Below are positions 36,369 to 48,990 of a stretch of DNA of 64,000 bases, piece by piece. This DNA comes from Octopus vulgaris (taxonomy: Eukaryota), in the NCBI GenBank assembly GCA_951406725.2, contig OX597840.1, forward strand, positions 15,872,001 through 15,936,000, in the 5' to 3' direction. Made by a program: the position numbers and the translations under genes. Numbering within the stretch: position 1 is the stretch's first letter; every line of letters starts with the position of its first letter. A model generated the notes under the pieces. It saw nothing but the letters and a program-made list of their open reading frames with translations. It did no database searches and had not been told where the DNA came from.

Positions 36369-36790
36369 TATCATCATCATCATCCTGATCGTTTAATGTT
36401 CGCTTTCCTTACTGGCATTGGCTGGATGTTTTGACTGAGGACAGGCAAGCAGGAAGGCTGCACCAGGTTCCAATCTGATTTGGCAATGTTTCTACAGCTG
36501 AATGCCTTTCCTAATGCCGACCACTCCTAGAGTGTAGTGGGTGCTTTTTATGTGCCACTAGCGTGGGAGCCAGTCAGGCAGCACTGGCATCAGCCATGCT
36601 CAAATTGTGTATTTTATGTGCCACTGGCATGGGTGCCAATCAGGTGCCATTGGCATCAGTCACGACTATGATTTCACTTGGTTCAACAAGTCTTCAGAAG
36701 CATACCATATTGCCTGATGATTGAAATATGCTTTTAAGTGGGCCAGTTCCGTGACACTGGCATTGGCCACAACTACGATCTCGCTTGTCT
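36368..36790 (-). mobile_element. RTE LINE 3'UTR fragment
   Basis: (CAT)n followed by the reverse complement of the RTE 3' end. Confidence 0.8.
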
Positions 36791-36803
36791 TGCTGAGTAT
36801 GTA

Positions 36804-36868
<65 letters not shown>

Positions 36869-37114
36869 TCTTTTTATTAAAGCTGCAAGAACATCACAAA
36901 AAGAAACAAAAAAAACTGCTACTTAGAATCCAGTTCATTGGATAATTGTGATCAAGATTCTTGATCACAACTGCCCAACGAACAGGAACATGAAACTTTG
37001 AATAGCAGTCATTTTGTGATGTTCTTATGGGTTTAATAAAAAAAAAAGCATATTACTCTACCTTTGGTATTTGAGTACTATTTCTTACACCTTGTTTTGC
37101 ATTTATGTGCTTAC

Positions 37115-37158
37115 GTGTATGTATATGTATGTGTGTGTGTATATACATACATACATAC

Positions 37159-37207
<49 letters not shown>

Positions 37208-37250
37208 CATATACATATACATATATATATATATATATGTGTACATATAC

Positions 37251-37331
<81 letters not shown>

Positions 37332-37354
37332 TATATATACATATATATATATAC

Positions 37355-37413
<59 letters not shown>

Positions 37414-37659
37414 TAAATTAGAGATAAAAAAACTACCATTAGGCAAATCAAACAGTGAAAAACATAAGCCAATACATAAAATTAATTTAAAAATATAAAA
37501 GTTAAAATTTAAAAAATTATTTAAATAATTTAATCTTATAAATTTTAAATATATATATATATACAAATATATATATATATGTATGTATATTTTTATATTT
37601 ATATATTATTTTATTTATTAATTTATTTATTAATTAAAAAATTTTTTTAATATATATAC

Positions 37660-37692
<33 letters not shown>

Positions 37693-37780
37693 CATATACA
37701 TATACATATATACATATATATATATATATACATACATACATATATACACACATGTGTATGTATATATATATATATATATA
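37115..37780. repeat. Compound (TA)n/(CA)n/(TACA)n microsatellite field
   Basis: Direct inspection. Confidence 0.95.
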
Positions 37781-38843
37781 AGTAAAAGGCAGACTGTATG
37801 ATGCATGTGTACGAACAGCTATGCTACATGGCAGTGAAACATGGGCCGTGACTGCTGAGGACATGCGTAAGCTCATGAGGAACGAAGCCAGTATGCTCCG
37901 ATGGATGTGTAATGTCAGTGTACTTACTCGACAGAGCGTTAGTACCTTGAGAGAAATGTTGTACCTAAGAAGCATCAGTTGTGGTGTGCAAGAGAGACGA
38001 TTGCGCTCGTATGGTCATGTGGCGAGAATGGATGAAGATAGGTGTGTGAGAAAGTGCCAATCCCTAGCAGTTGAGGGAACCCGTGGAAGAGGTAGACCCA
38101 GGAAAACCTGGGACGAGGTGGTGAAGCATGACCTTCGGACGTTAGGTCTCACCATGGAAATGACTAGAGACTGAGACCTATGGAAGTATGCTGTGCGTGA
38201 GAAGACCCGGCAAGACTAGTGAAACCATAACCCGTGGCCCCTACCTGGGACGTAGTCAGTCCACCTGTGCATACCTTCCTTCTTGTGACTTTTGTGAAGA
38301 CCTGTTGAGGCAAGTGAGAATCGAATCAAATCAAATCAAATCGAACCAAATCAAAATAGATGAACATCAATGGAATTTGTATCCTTGTGGTACCAGTGCC
38401 GGTGGCACATAAGAAAACCATCCGAACGTGACCGTAGCCAGTACCGCAATGACTGGCCTCCGTGCTGAGGGCATGTAACAAACACCATCCGAGCGTGGCC
38501 GTCCGCCAGCCTCGTCTGGCACCTGTGTCGGTGACACATAAGAAAACACCATCCGAGCGTGGCCGTCAGCCAGCCTCGTCTGGCACCTGTGTCGGTGGCA
38601 CATAAAAAACACCATCCGAGCGTGGCCGTCTGCCAGCCTCGTCTGGCACCTGTGTCGGTGGCACATAAAATCACCCACTACACTCTCGGAGTGGTTGGCG
38701 TTAGGAAGGGCATCCAGCTGTAGAAACACTGCCAGATCTGACTGGCCTGGTGCAGCCTTCAGGCTTGCCAGACCCCAGTTGAACCGTCCAACCCATGCTA
38801 GCATGGAAAGCGGACGTTAAACGATGATGATGATGATGATGAT
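37781..38843 (+). mobile_element. 5'-truncated RTE LINE
   Basis: ORF 37821..38174 (LHGSETW...GRGRPRKTW), 3'UTR with tandem units of about 62 bp, (GAT)n tail. Confidence 0.93.
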
Positions 38844-38867
38844 ATACATACATACATATATACACAC

Positions 38868-38976
<109 letters not shown>

Positions 38977-38977
38977 T

Positions 38978-39375
38978 GTGTGGCTGTGTGGTATGTAGCT
39001 TGTTTTCCAACCACATAGTTCCAGGTTCAGTCCCACTGCGTGGCACCTTGGGCAAGTGTCTTCTACAATAGCCTCGGGCTGACCAAAACCTTGTGAGTGG
39101 ATTTGGTAGACGGAAACTGAAAGAAGCCCGTCGTATATATGTATATATATGTATGTGCGTGTATGTTTGTGTGTCTGTGTTTGTCCCCCTAGCATTGCTT
39201 GACAACCGATGCTGGTGTGTTTATGTCTCTGTCACCTAGTGGTTCGTCAAAAGAGACCGATAGAATAAGTGCTGGGCTTACAAAGAATAAGTCCCAGGGT
39301 CGAGTTGCTCGATTAAAGGCGGTGCACCAGCATGGCTGCAGTCAAAATGACTGAAACAAGTAAAAAAAAGAGAAA
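38978..39375 (+). mobile_element. SINE family A
   Basis: Full head and tail. Confidence 0.9.
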
Positions 39376-39421
39376 AAAATATACATATATAAATATGTAT
39401 GTATGTGTGTGCATATATATG

Positions 39422-39953
39422 CAGTAGTGCCTTGATATACAAGTTAAGTTGTTCTTCTTGGACACATCTCATAAAGTAGAGCAATAATTTCCCATAATAG
39501 CAATGTTATAAACTGTAATTCATTCCTAGAAATATATTTCATCTATAAAATTTATAATACTCGTAAATAAATAGCAATAAAACAACAGTAGAATGTAAAA
39601 GATATTTTATGTAAAGTAAAAAGAATGTCAAGATCATTTATGACAAAAAATATTATTATTATTATCGTTTTCTGAATCACTTTCACTCACACTAGACTCA
39701 CATACCCATTCACTTGTAGATGCGATTGCTAAATCACAAGCATTCGTAGACGGACTTGTAGATTTCTTTTTAAAAAACATGTCTACAGTTGTGTGCTTAG
39801 AAGGAGCTTTTTATTTTGCTCTCTATAAATTTCTCAGTAACACACAGAAGCATTTGCTATGATAATAGAAACTTCTGCACTTCATTCAAGATTTGGTCCT
39901 TGTGCTTGAAAAATAAATTTGTAAAGCGGTTCCTTGTAAAGTGAGGTGTTACT
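39422..39953. mobile_element. Possible pogo/Tigger-like non-autonomous DNA element
   Basis: Degenerate termini cagtagtgccttgatatacaag / cttgtaaagtgaggtgttactc in a TA context. Confidence 0.4.
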
Positions 39954-39973
39954 CTATATATATATGTATATAA

Positions 39974-40004
<31 letters not shown>

Positions 40005-40084
40005 TGTATGTATGTATGTATGTATGTATGTGTGTGTGTGTGTCTGTGTGTATATTTATATACACCATGATAGAATAAAGCCAT

Positions 40085-40290
40085 GATAGATCGTTAGCTC
40101 CTACATGCATTTTTTTCTCTCCTTGTTTCTCTCCTTGTTTTTTTTCTGTGTATCTTTTTGTCGAAGAGCGTAGGCTCGAAACGTAAAAGACTTGTTCTAT
40201 TTCTATTCCTGAGCGCCATACTAATACATTTGTTTGTTTGTACTCCACCTGCCTTTGTCTTTTGTTTATTTTCATAAACCTTCCCGTTAT
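40085..40290 (+). mobile_element. Short element with hammerhead-like motif at 40153-40190
   Basis: tcttt-TTGTCGA-a-gagc gtag gctc-GAA-ACGT-A-aaaga. Homologous to 23230-23415. Confidence 0.6.
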
Positions 40291-40333
40291 ATATATATGT
40301 AGCAAATAAATAACAATGATATCAAGGTATTAG

Positions 40334-40420
40334 TGCATTACAGCTGTTTCAGGCAGCTCCATTTAATCAATCAATGCAAGCATTACATCAATTTGAAATG
40401 CACCTCCTTCCTCAAACGCA
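40334..40420 (-). ncRNA. Hammerhead motif with long helix II
   Basis: tgcgt-TTGAGGA-agg...cct-GAA-ACAGCTGT-A-atgca. Confidence 0.6.
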
Positions 40421-40737
40421 TAAGACCATAAAGGTTTTCAACATACAGGATACCCCATTCTAATTTTTTAGCAAATTTTTCATCACAACTAGAGAATAAA
40501 AGAATTATATGCCTGTTGCTATTATTGCAGCAGAATGAACTTAGGGAGAAGATACCCCGACTTTAATTTGGAGTGGCAGGAAAGAATAACAATGGGGGTC
40601 ATGAGCTGCTAATATAGCTACGTTTATCAATCTCATTATCACCATCAAAAGATCCAATGCAGCTAGCATTCTACTTACACTAAGAATTAAAAACATTGGG
40701 AATTCATAGTTAAGTTCTAGCTACCAATAAATTAATT

Positions 40738-41085
40738 CATCATCATCATCATCGTCATCATTTAACGTCCGTTTTCCAAGCTGGTATGGGTTGGACGGTT
40801 TGACTGGGGTCTGGCAAGCCAGGAGGCTGCACCAGGCTCCAATCTGATCTGGCAGTGTTTCTACTGCTGGATGTCAATGACAACCACTCTGAGAGTCTGG
40901 GTGCTTTTTATCTGTCACTGGCACACTTTTTACATGCCACCAGCATGGGAGCCAGTCAAGCGGTGCTGGCATTGACCATGTTCAGATGGTGCTTTTTATG
41001 TGCCACCAGTACAGGTACCAGTTGGGATGAGGGGGCTGGCATTGACCACGTTTGGATGGTGCTTTTTATGTGCCACCGGCATGTA
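40738..41085 (-). mobile_element. RTE LINE 3'UTR fragment
   Basis: (CAT)n + ttaacgtccgttttcca...gcaccaggctccaatctg. Confidence 0.85.
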
Positions 41086-41200
41086 AAAATTGAATAAATT
41101 TATTTTTAATTCATAATTTTTAATCTTTAATTCTTTAATGCTTAATTGTATTGCTTATTTTTAAAGGGATGTAAAATTATATATATAATATTTTGAAATA

Positions 41201-41324
41201 GAACCTGAAGATGTGTTGGAATCTGACGATTGCATATATGTGTTTATATATGTATATATATGGGTATAAAGTCATGTATATGTATATATATTGTAATCTT
41301 CCAATACTAAAGCACGTGTAGTTC
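41201..41324 (+). ncRNA. Degenerate hammerhead motif with a microsatellite-like loop II
   Basis: gaac-CTGAAGA-t-gtgttggaa...ttccaatac-t-AAA-GCACGTGT-A-gttc. Confidence 0.5.
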
Positions 41325-41876
41325 CTTCATCATCATCATCATTTAACGTCCGTTCTCCATGCTAGCATGGGTTAGAATGTGTGTCTGTCTGTGTGAATCC
41401 CTAAAACTTGAGAACTACACAACCAATTTCATTCAAATTTTACACATGCCTTACTTAGTGTCATGGACAAAAAAATTTTAACTTCTTGCCTAGGGCGAAC
41501 CCACAGCAATATCATATCTTCTCCACTATTTCAGTATTACGTGTTAAAAGTGAAACAAAAACATCTCTCTATTGTAATGTCAGATACTTTCACTTTAATA
41601 CTGAAACTATTAAAGTCAATTATATAAAAGGGATGAACCATTAACAGTGGACATCCATTTTGCTAGAAGATCCGCTATGGTCTTATATGCTACACCACTG
41701 GTTTTCAATTCATATTAATCAAATTAATATTCAATTTTTCACCCTTATTATTTTAAATTTAAATTTACATGTGTATATATATATTAGAAGAAATAGCTAT
41801 AACTCTTTGACTGCTATTTCTAAATTCGGTATGTGGTAAGGCAATTCGTTGCTAAACCCTTTATTGCTTAGTATTA

Positions 41877-41914
<38 letters not shown>

Positions 41915-42957
41915 TGTATAAATCCTTAAATCCTTAAAAATGTTTTAGCCCGAAGGCTAAATGTATATATATATAGATGTATATATATGGATGTATATAT
42001 ATCTGCATATATATAAGGCAAGATGTGTGTGTGTGTGTGTGTACGTGATTGTAGTTTATGCACATCCACAAATTAGCACAAATGTCGCTCAAATTTCAGG
42101 AGTACATTCGCCCACACCCTATCTGGGTTTTGTCAACTTATTTTTTTACCAAGGCACACGTGGATAGTAGCAAAAATCTATTTTCAGCCATAGCTTTTAG
42201 CAGTAAAATCTATTTTCAGGCGTAGCTTTTTGACGGCGTCTAACAAAAAAAAACAAGATAAAGAAAAGTGAAAGAGGGGCAGAGAGTTTCAAGGGAAAGA
42301 CAAAGTGAAACAGGGAGAGAGAAAGAGTAAGTGACGATGTTCATAAAAAATAATATGTAAAATGTTTTGTTTTTTCTTAAACACGAGATATAGTGTTCAG
42401 GATGTTTTTGAAAGACACTATACTTTATAATCATAGTATATATACTTTCTCACACAACAATTACAATATATTTATTTTAAATCATTTATTTATTTTAAAT
42501 CGTTCACCTTTCTCCCCTCTCTCTCTCTCTTTGGGTGCGAAAGAGTTTTGTTTTTATTTTACACCAAGTAAAAAAGTGTTTTGTTGAGCATCCATTTATT
42601 TAACAGCAAAGAAACAAAGAGGTGAGTAACAAATTGTAAGTGAATGGGTACAATTTCTGAGGCTTCCACCACACCCCACTCCATTTCACAGACCACAAAA
42701 AGGGTTTTGTAGCATATTAGGAGGCCAGAGTAGTTGATTCCACGCAAAAAAAAAACGATTTGTTTTTTGTGAAAATCGTGCGAGTGTTAATCTACAAATT
42801 TAACAACATTTTTCCATTCATTTCTGTTTATGAACATGTATGCATGCACAAAACATGCAATAGGTGTACGTACGTACATGTGTGTTCGTGTCTGTTGCCC
42901 ATATATATTTATATTATATTATATTATATATAATATATATTATATATATATATATAA

Positions 42958-44415
42958 TAAGAAGAAGAAGAGGAGGAAAGACCGCCAATGGCGGAAAGAT
43001 GGGAAAAGATGGGGTTACGGCTTGAGGTAGCCTAAGGTTAAATTTTGTAGAGAGAGAGATAGGAAAGATAAATCAAGTTATGGCGAAGGCTTGAAAGTAG
43101 CCTAAAAGGTTAAATTTTCGTAAATTTTCGATGGGTAAGACGAATCAAGTTATCAATGTATGAATAAACGTAGTAACAACGAATAAAAATAGTAAGATAA
43201 ATTTTTAAGAACTTGCTGCGTGCATCGACCGGGAGTTGAATTGAAGAAGAAAGTAAGTTGAATTGGGAATTTAAATTGCAGAATCGTAATGGTAATGGCG
43301 ATTTTCAAGTTTTAGCATAAGAAGAAGAAGAGGAGGAAAGACCGCCAATGGCGGAAAGATGGGAAAAGATGGGATTACGGCTTGAGGTAGCCTAAGGTTA
43401 AATTTTGTAGAGAGAGAGATAGGAAAGATAAATCAAGTTATGGCGAAGGCTTGAAAGTAGCCTAAAAGGTTAAATTTTCGTAAATTTTCGATGGGTAAGA
43501 CGAATCAAGTTATCAATGTATGAATAAACGTAGTAACAACGAATAAAAATAGTAAGATAAATTTTTAAGAACTTGCTGCGTGCATCGATCGTAATGGTAA
43601 TGGCGATTTTCAAGTTTTAGCATAAGAAGAAGAAGAGGAGGAAAGACCGCCAATGGCGGAAAGATGGGAAAAGATGGGATTACGGCTTGAGGTAGCCTAA
43701 GGTTAAATTTTGTAGAGAGAGAGATAGGAAAGATAAATCAATACCATTACGATTCTGCAATTTAAATTCCCAATTCAACTTACTTTCTTCTTCAATTCAA
43801 CTCCCGGTCGATGCACGCAGCAAGTTCTTAAAAATTTATCTTACTATTTTTATTCGTTGTTACTACGTTTATTCATACATTGATAACTTGATTCGTCTTA
43901 CCCATCGAAAATTTACGAAAATTTAACCTTTTAGGCTACTTTCAAGCCTTCGCCATAACTTGATTTATCTTTCCTATCTCTCTCTCTACAAAATTTAACC
44001 TTAGGCTACCTCAAGCCGTAATCCCATCTTTTCCCATCTTTCCGCCATTGGCGGTCTTTCCTCCTCTTCTTCTTCTTATGCTAAAACTTGAAAATCGCCA
44101 TTACCATTACGATTCTGCAATTTAAATTCCCAATTCAACTTACTTTCTTCTTCAATTCAACTCCCGGTCGATGCACGCAGCAAGTTCTTAAAAATTTATC
44201 TTACTATTTTTATTCGTTGTTACTACGTTTATTCATACATTGATAACTTGATTCGTCTTACCCATCGAAAATTTACGAAAATTTAACCTTTTAGGCTACT
44301 TTCAAGCCTTCGCCATAACTTGATTTATCTTTCCTATCTCTCTCTCTACAAAATTTAACCTTAGGCTACCTCAAGCCGTAATCCCATCTTTTCCCATCTT
44401 TCCGCCATTGGCGGT
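42958..44415. repeat. 360-bp tandem monomers arranged as a fold-back (switch at 43741/43742)
   Basis: Unit starts at 42958, 43318 and 43623 (second unit has a 55-bp deletion at atcg microhomology). Reverse-complement units occupy 43742-44415. Units are almost identical. Confidence 0.97.
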
Positions 44416-47400
44416 GCGCCCCCCCCCCACCCCCACCACCAATACCGATGAACACTGTTCTCACCCCCACCACCAATACCGGTGAACACTGTTCTCACCC
44501 CCACCACCAATACCAGTATACCCTGTTCTCACCATCTACACCGGATACGCCCTACTCATCTACACCGGGTACGCCCTACTCCCTCCTCCTCCCCCCACTT
44601 CCCCTTCTCCTCATATGCTTTCACTGTGAAAAGACAAGCTGCTAGCGCCATAGCTCATCAACTGCCCACCGATCTTACGCTTTCCTCCTGACACTGCCTC
44701 AATCCGACCATCCCCTTTTAGTACCCTCCCGACTCGTAATATCCTACGCTTTTATTTCTTAGGAACCTACACCAACCCTTCCTGCCATCGTTCCTCCTTA
44801 CCCCAACCTTCCCCACTGGTTGCTCCCCTATATTACCCGCCTCAACTGGACCCCCCTCCCCAACTCAACTCTAGAATATCTGTATTTCTTTCCTCTACCT
44901 AATTACGTTACTCAGTGACGATAACGAATGTCCACTGCTAACACCAGCTCCTGCCCACGGCGTGGTCAGGCTGGAAGAGAGATCAAAAGAAAAATACCAC
45001 GAAAACTATCACCACCACTACAACCCTCCTCTTCTCAGGCGCCGAATCCCCCCCGTCCCCCCCACATCTCCTTCCCAGTTTTCAGAGTTGGCACTATCAA
45101 TGTTGGTACATTGACAGGCAAGTCTAGTGAGGTTGTAGAGATGCTAGAGAGAAGACAGGTTGATGTATGCTGCATACAAGAGGTAAGATGGAGAGATGCT
45201 TCGGCTAGGGTCCTCACGGGCAAGGCACTTAGATACAAACTCTACTGGCAAGGTAACGCGGAAGGTGTAGGGGGTGTAGGCATTCTCCTTGCGGAGGAAT
45301 GGGTGGATAAGGTCATAGAGGTTGTCAGGGTTTGTGATAGAGTGCTTAAGCTCAGGTTGGTCCTACAGAGTGGCACAGCTATGATTATCTCAGCCTATGC
45401 CCCACAAGCGGGACTACCAAATGATCAGAAGGACAACTTTTATGATACCCTTCTGCAGGCTACTTCAAAGACTAGTAACAAGGACCTCATCTTTGTAGGT
45501 GGAGATTTTAATGGGCATGTTGGGCGGGAATCGGGTATCTTCACTGGGGTACATGGTGGCTATGGTATTGGCACCAGAAATGATGAGGGAACTAGACTGC
45601 TGGAATTCTGTGATGCATGTAACCTTTCAATCTGCAACACTAACTTCAAGAAGCCAATCTGCCACCTTATAACTTATCAGTCAGGAGACTCCGCTAGCCA
45701 AATAGATTTCATCCTCACCAGACAACGGGATGCAGGGTTGCTCTTGAATACAAAGACCCTCCCGGGTGAAGAATGTATCCCTCAGCATAGACTAATCATC
45801 AGTGACTTTAAGCTTGAGGCCAGAAGGACTCCAAGAAACAAACCAATCCAGAAAAGAAGGATTTGGAGGCTAAAGAACCCTTCGCATGGTCAGAAATTTA
45901 GGGACATACTCATCAAGAAATTTGATGAGAGGGAAGAGGAGCTTCAGACGTCAGACATAGAAGGTAGCTGGGAATTCCTACGGGACAGCTTGTTGAGTGC
46001 CACAGACCAAGTTTGTGGATGGTGCAAAGTCCCTTCCAGACCTAGAATTACGTGGTGGTGGAATAGTGCAGTAGATAAAGCCATCTGTGAAAAGAGACAG
46101 GCCTGGAAAGCCTGGAAGGATGGGGGCAGCATGGAACTGTACCAGATAGCAAAAAGGGAGGCTGGGCGGCAGGTATACATTGCCAAAGATGTAGCAGAAA
46201 AGAAGAAGTTTGCCAATGTCCAGCGTCGCGAGGATCAAAGAGCTGAAGTATTTCGGATTGCCAGACAGTGTGTCAGAGAAAATAGCGATGTTATAGGAGA
46301 GAAATGTGTCCGCATGGATGATGGGGCACTTGCTTTTACTACTAGTGAAAAGAAAGAGGCTTGGAGAAGCCATTATGAAAGACTGCTGAATGAGGAGAAT
46401 GAATGGGAGGAGGAGAGCCTGCCAAATGTTGACCCAGTAGAGGGACCAGCTACCCGAATAGACAGCTCCCTTGTAGATAAGGCAATTAAGGATATGAAAC
46501 CAGGCAAAGCCCCTGGCCTATCAGGAATCACTGCTGAGATGCTTAAAACAGCTGGCTATGTGGGCCATGCCATAGTCACCCGCATTGTAAACCAGGTAGT
46601 TCACAATGGAGCCATACCCAATGACTGGTGCAGCAGCACCATAGTCAACAGCTACAAGGGTAAGGGTGATGCTCTAGATAGAAATAACTACAGAGGTATC
46701 AAACTGTTGGACCAGGTGATGAAGGTCTCAGAGAAGGTCATAACCAATCTCATTAGGGAGAGAATTTGTTTAGATGAAATGCAGTTCGGTTTTGTACCAG
46801 GTAGAAGCACCACTGATGCTATATTCCTGGTCCGACAACTGCAGGAGAAGTACCTAGCTAAAGATAAACCCCTCTACATAGCTTTTGTAGACTTGGAGAA
46901 AGCCTTTGACAGGGTTCCCCGTTCCCTTATCTGGTGGTCGATGCGGAAACTGGAGATTGAAGAATGGCTAATAAGGGCTGTACAGGCTCTATACAGAGAG
47001 GCTGTCAGCAAGGTTAGGATTGGCAACGAATATAGTGAAGAATTCCGAGTAGAAGTAGGTGTGCACCAGGGCTCAGCCCTCAGTCCCCTTTTATTCATCA
47101 TAGTCCTTCAGGCAATAACAGAGGAATTCAAAACGGGATGCCCCTGGGAGCTCCTCTATGCCGATGACCTAGCTCTCATAGCAGAATCACTACCGGAACT
47201 AGAAGAGAAATTTCGGGTGTGGAAGCAAGGGTTGGAATCAAAGGGCCTTAGAATAAATGTAGCAAAGACCAAAGTATTAGTAAGCAGCAAGAGGTACTCA
47301 GCACACATCCCCTCGGGTAGGTGGCCCTGCTCAACCTGTAGGAAAGGTACAGGTAGAAACTCCATAAGATGCACCCAATGTAAGTTATGGACACATAAGA

Positions 47401-48440
47401 GGTGCAGCAACATTAAAGGGAAATTAACAGATAAGATAGCTTTCATGTGCGGCAGATGCACAGGGACAATAGACACAACAGACACTCAGAAAACAGATTC
47501 CATCACACTCCAGGGAAAGAAACTAGAAGTAGTTGATAGTTTCCGCTACCTGGGAGACCAAGTTAGTAGCGGAGGTGGATGCACAGAGAGTATCACCACT
47601 AGAATACGAATAGCCTGGGCAAAGTTCAGAAAGCTCCTACCCCTACTGGCAACAAAAGGTCTCTCCCTCAGAGCAAAAGGTAGATTGTATGATGCATGTG
47701 TGCGAACTGCCATGCTTCACGGTAATGAAACATGGGCTGTGACTGCAGAAGACATGCGTAGACTTGAAAGAAATGAAGCTAGCATGATCCGCTGGATGTG
47801 TAGTGTCAGTGTGCACGCAAAACAGAGTGTAAGTATTCTGAGAGAAATGCTGGATATAAGAAGCATCAGATGTGGTGTGCAAGAGCGACGCTTGCGATGG
47901 TATGGTCATGTGCTGCGGATGGATGAAGAGAGATGTGTGAAGAAGTGCCACTCCCAAACAGTTGAAGGTATCAGGGGGAGAGGTAGACCCAGGAAGACAT
48001 GGGATGAGGTGGTCAAGCATGACCTCAGAGCATTGGGCCTCACTGAGGCAATGGCGAAGGAGCGAGATCTCTGGAGATATGCTGTGACTACAAAGACCCG
48101 GGCTGCTTTCTGCAGCAATTCCACATACCCCCTACCCATTCTAAGTACCCCGGATCCCCAAAGTACCCCGGACCTCGTTGCCCCCGTGCCGCTGACACGT
48201 TAAAATGCTCGAACCGATCGTGACGATGCCGGACCCTCCGGCCCCTGTGCAGGTGGCACGTAAAAAGCACCCAATCCACTCACGGAGTGGTTGGCGTTAG
48301 GAAGGGCATCCAGCCGTAGAAACTCTGCCAGATTCAGACTGGAGCCTGGTGCGGCCCCTGGCTTCCCAGACCCGGTCAAACCGTCCAACCCGTGCTAGCG
48401 CGGAAAGCGGACGTTAAACGATGATGATGATGATGATGAT
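44416..48440 (+). mobile_element. Apparently full-length RTE-clade LINE
   Basis: C-rich 5'UTR with 35-bp and 24-bp minisatellites, single long ORF, short 3'UTR, (GAT)n tail at 48420-48440. Confidence 0.95.
44928..48203 (+). CDS. RTE LINE polyprotein: APE endonuclease and reverse transcriptase with inserted PHD finger
   Basis: Uninterrupted 1091 aa. APE motifs TINVGTL, CIQEVRW, SAYAPQ, GDFNGHVG, QIDFIL, PQH. RT motifs QFGF, FVDLEKAFD, GVHQGSALSPLLF, YADD. RTE C-terminal GRGRPRKTW. Confidence 0.97.
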   Translation: MSTANTSSCPRRGQAGREIKRKIPRKLSPPLQPSSSQAPNPPRPPHISFPVFRVGTINVGTLTGKSSEVVEMLERRQVDVCCIQEVRWRDASARVLTGKALRYKLYWQGNAEGVGGVGILLAEEWVDKVIEVVRVCDRVLKLRLVLQSGTAMIISAYAPQAGLPNDQKDNFYDTLLQATSKTSNKDLIFVGGDFNGHVGRESGIFTGVHGGYGIGTRNDEGTRLLEFCDACNLSICNTNFKKPICHLITYQSGDSASQIDFILTRQRDAGLLLNTKTLPGEECIPQHRLIISDFKLEARRTPRNKPIQKRRIWRLKNPSHGQKFRDILIKKFDEREEELQTSDIEGSWEFLRDSLLSATDQVCGWCKVPSRPRITWWWNSAVDKAICEKRQAWKAWKDGGSMELYQIAKREAGRQVYIAKDVAEKKKFANVQRREDQRAEVFRIARQCVRENSDVIGEKCVRMDDGALAFTTSEKKEAWRSHYERLLNEENEWEEESLPNVDPVEGPATRIDSSLVDKAIKDMKPGKAPGLSGITAEMLKTAGYVGHAIVTRIVNQVVHNGAIPNDWCSSTIVNSYKGKGDALDRNNYRGIKLLDQVMKVSEKVITNLIRERICLDEMQFGFVPGRSTTDAIFLVRQLQEKYLAKDKPLYIAFVDLEKAFDRVPRSLIWWSMRKLEIEEWLIRAVQALYREAVSKVRIGNEYSEEFRVEVGVHQGSALSPLLFIIVLQAITEEFKTGCPWELLYADDLALIAESLPELEEKFRVWKQGLESKGLRINVAKTKVLVSSKRYSAHIPSGRWPCSTCRKGTGRNSIRCTQCKLWTHKRCSNIKGKLTDKIAFMCGRCTGTIDTTDTQKTDSITLQGKKLEVVDSFRYLGDQVSSGGGCTESITTRIRIAWAKFRKLLPLLATKGLSLRAKGRLYDACVRTAMLHGNETWAVTAEDMRRLERNEASMIRWMCSVSVHAKQSVSILREMLDIRSIRCGVQERRLRWYGHVLRMDEERCVKKCHSQTVEGIRGRGRPRKTWDEVVKHDLRALGLTEAMAKERDLWRYAVTTKTRAAFCSNSTYPLPILSTPDPQSTPDLVAPVPLTR

Positions 48441-48609
48441 ATATAATATATATGTAATATAACCAATTTCAATGGATTTCACCCAAATTTGACGTTTGGT
48501 TTGAAATAAAGAACTTGATTAGCTTAATAATCGTAACTTAATCCCGGGCAAGGCTAGGTTATACTGCTAGTATATATATATATATATGTCTATATATATA
48601 TATATATTA

Positions 48610-48948
48610 TAGAGATGTACTTGCATAGCGAGTGACTTGATCTGAGATTGTGTGCTGAAACGAAAACAATTGCAGCGTGGAAGGTGTTTATAAGCCATTT
48701 AAGAAACACACAAAACTCGTTAGATTCACTTCAACATTTAAATTTAATTTGTCAAAATATTTTCGTCCCTTTTGAGACAGCGATCTGTTCACTGACAAAA
48801 CTTTGTGCAGCACGAAGTTTTGTCAGTGAACAGGTCGCCATCTCAAAGTGCCGAAAATATTTTGACAAATTAAATTTAAATATTGAAGTGAATCTAACGG
48901 GTTTTGTGTGTGTTTCTTAAATGGCTTATAAACATCTTCCATGCTGCA

Positions 48949-48951
<3 letters not shown>
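48610..48951. mobile_element. Fold-back element with G3-C8 hammerheads at 48748-48799 (-) and 48819-48869 (+)
   Basis: tttgtca-GTGAACA-g-gtcgc..gtgcc-GAA-AATATT-T-tgacaaa. Arms 48668-48808 / 48811-48951. Flanked by (TA)n. Confidence 0.8.

Positions 48952-48990
<39 letters not shown>

Larger units (their letters stand above)
41375..48571 (+). mobile_element. Possible non-autonomous Helitron-like element interrupted by the LINE (41375-42957 and 48441-48571)
   Basis: 5' part gtctgtctgt...actacacaaccaatttcattcaaattttacac. 3' end cccgggcaaggctaggtt..CTAG|T at 48567-48571. Linking the two halves is an inference. Confidence 0.45.

Noticed and set aside
36875-37045. Palindrome with possible TTGATCA...GAAACTTT hammerhead (related inverted repeat at about 4408-4625)
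   Set aside because: Positions 3 and 8 do not pair and helix II is unclear. Kept only as an unclassified fold-back.
37053-37498. Many ORFs rich in IY/YI/HT/VC repeats (also about 2525, 20134, 23049, 38800, 54151)
   Set aside because: Translations of (TA)n, (CA)n and (TACA)n microsatellites, which lack stop codons.
42958-44415. 360-bp monomers as a retrozyme array
   Set aside because: No hammerhead core found on either strand of the unit.
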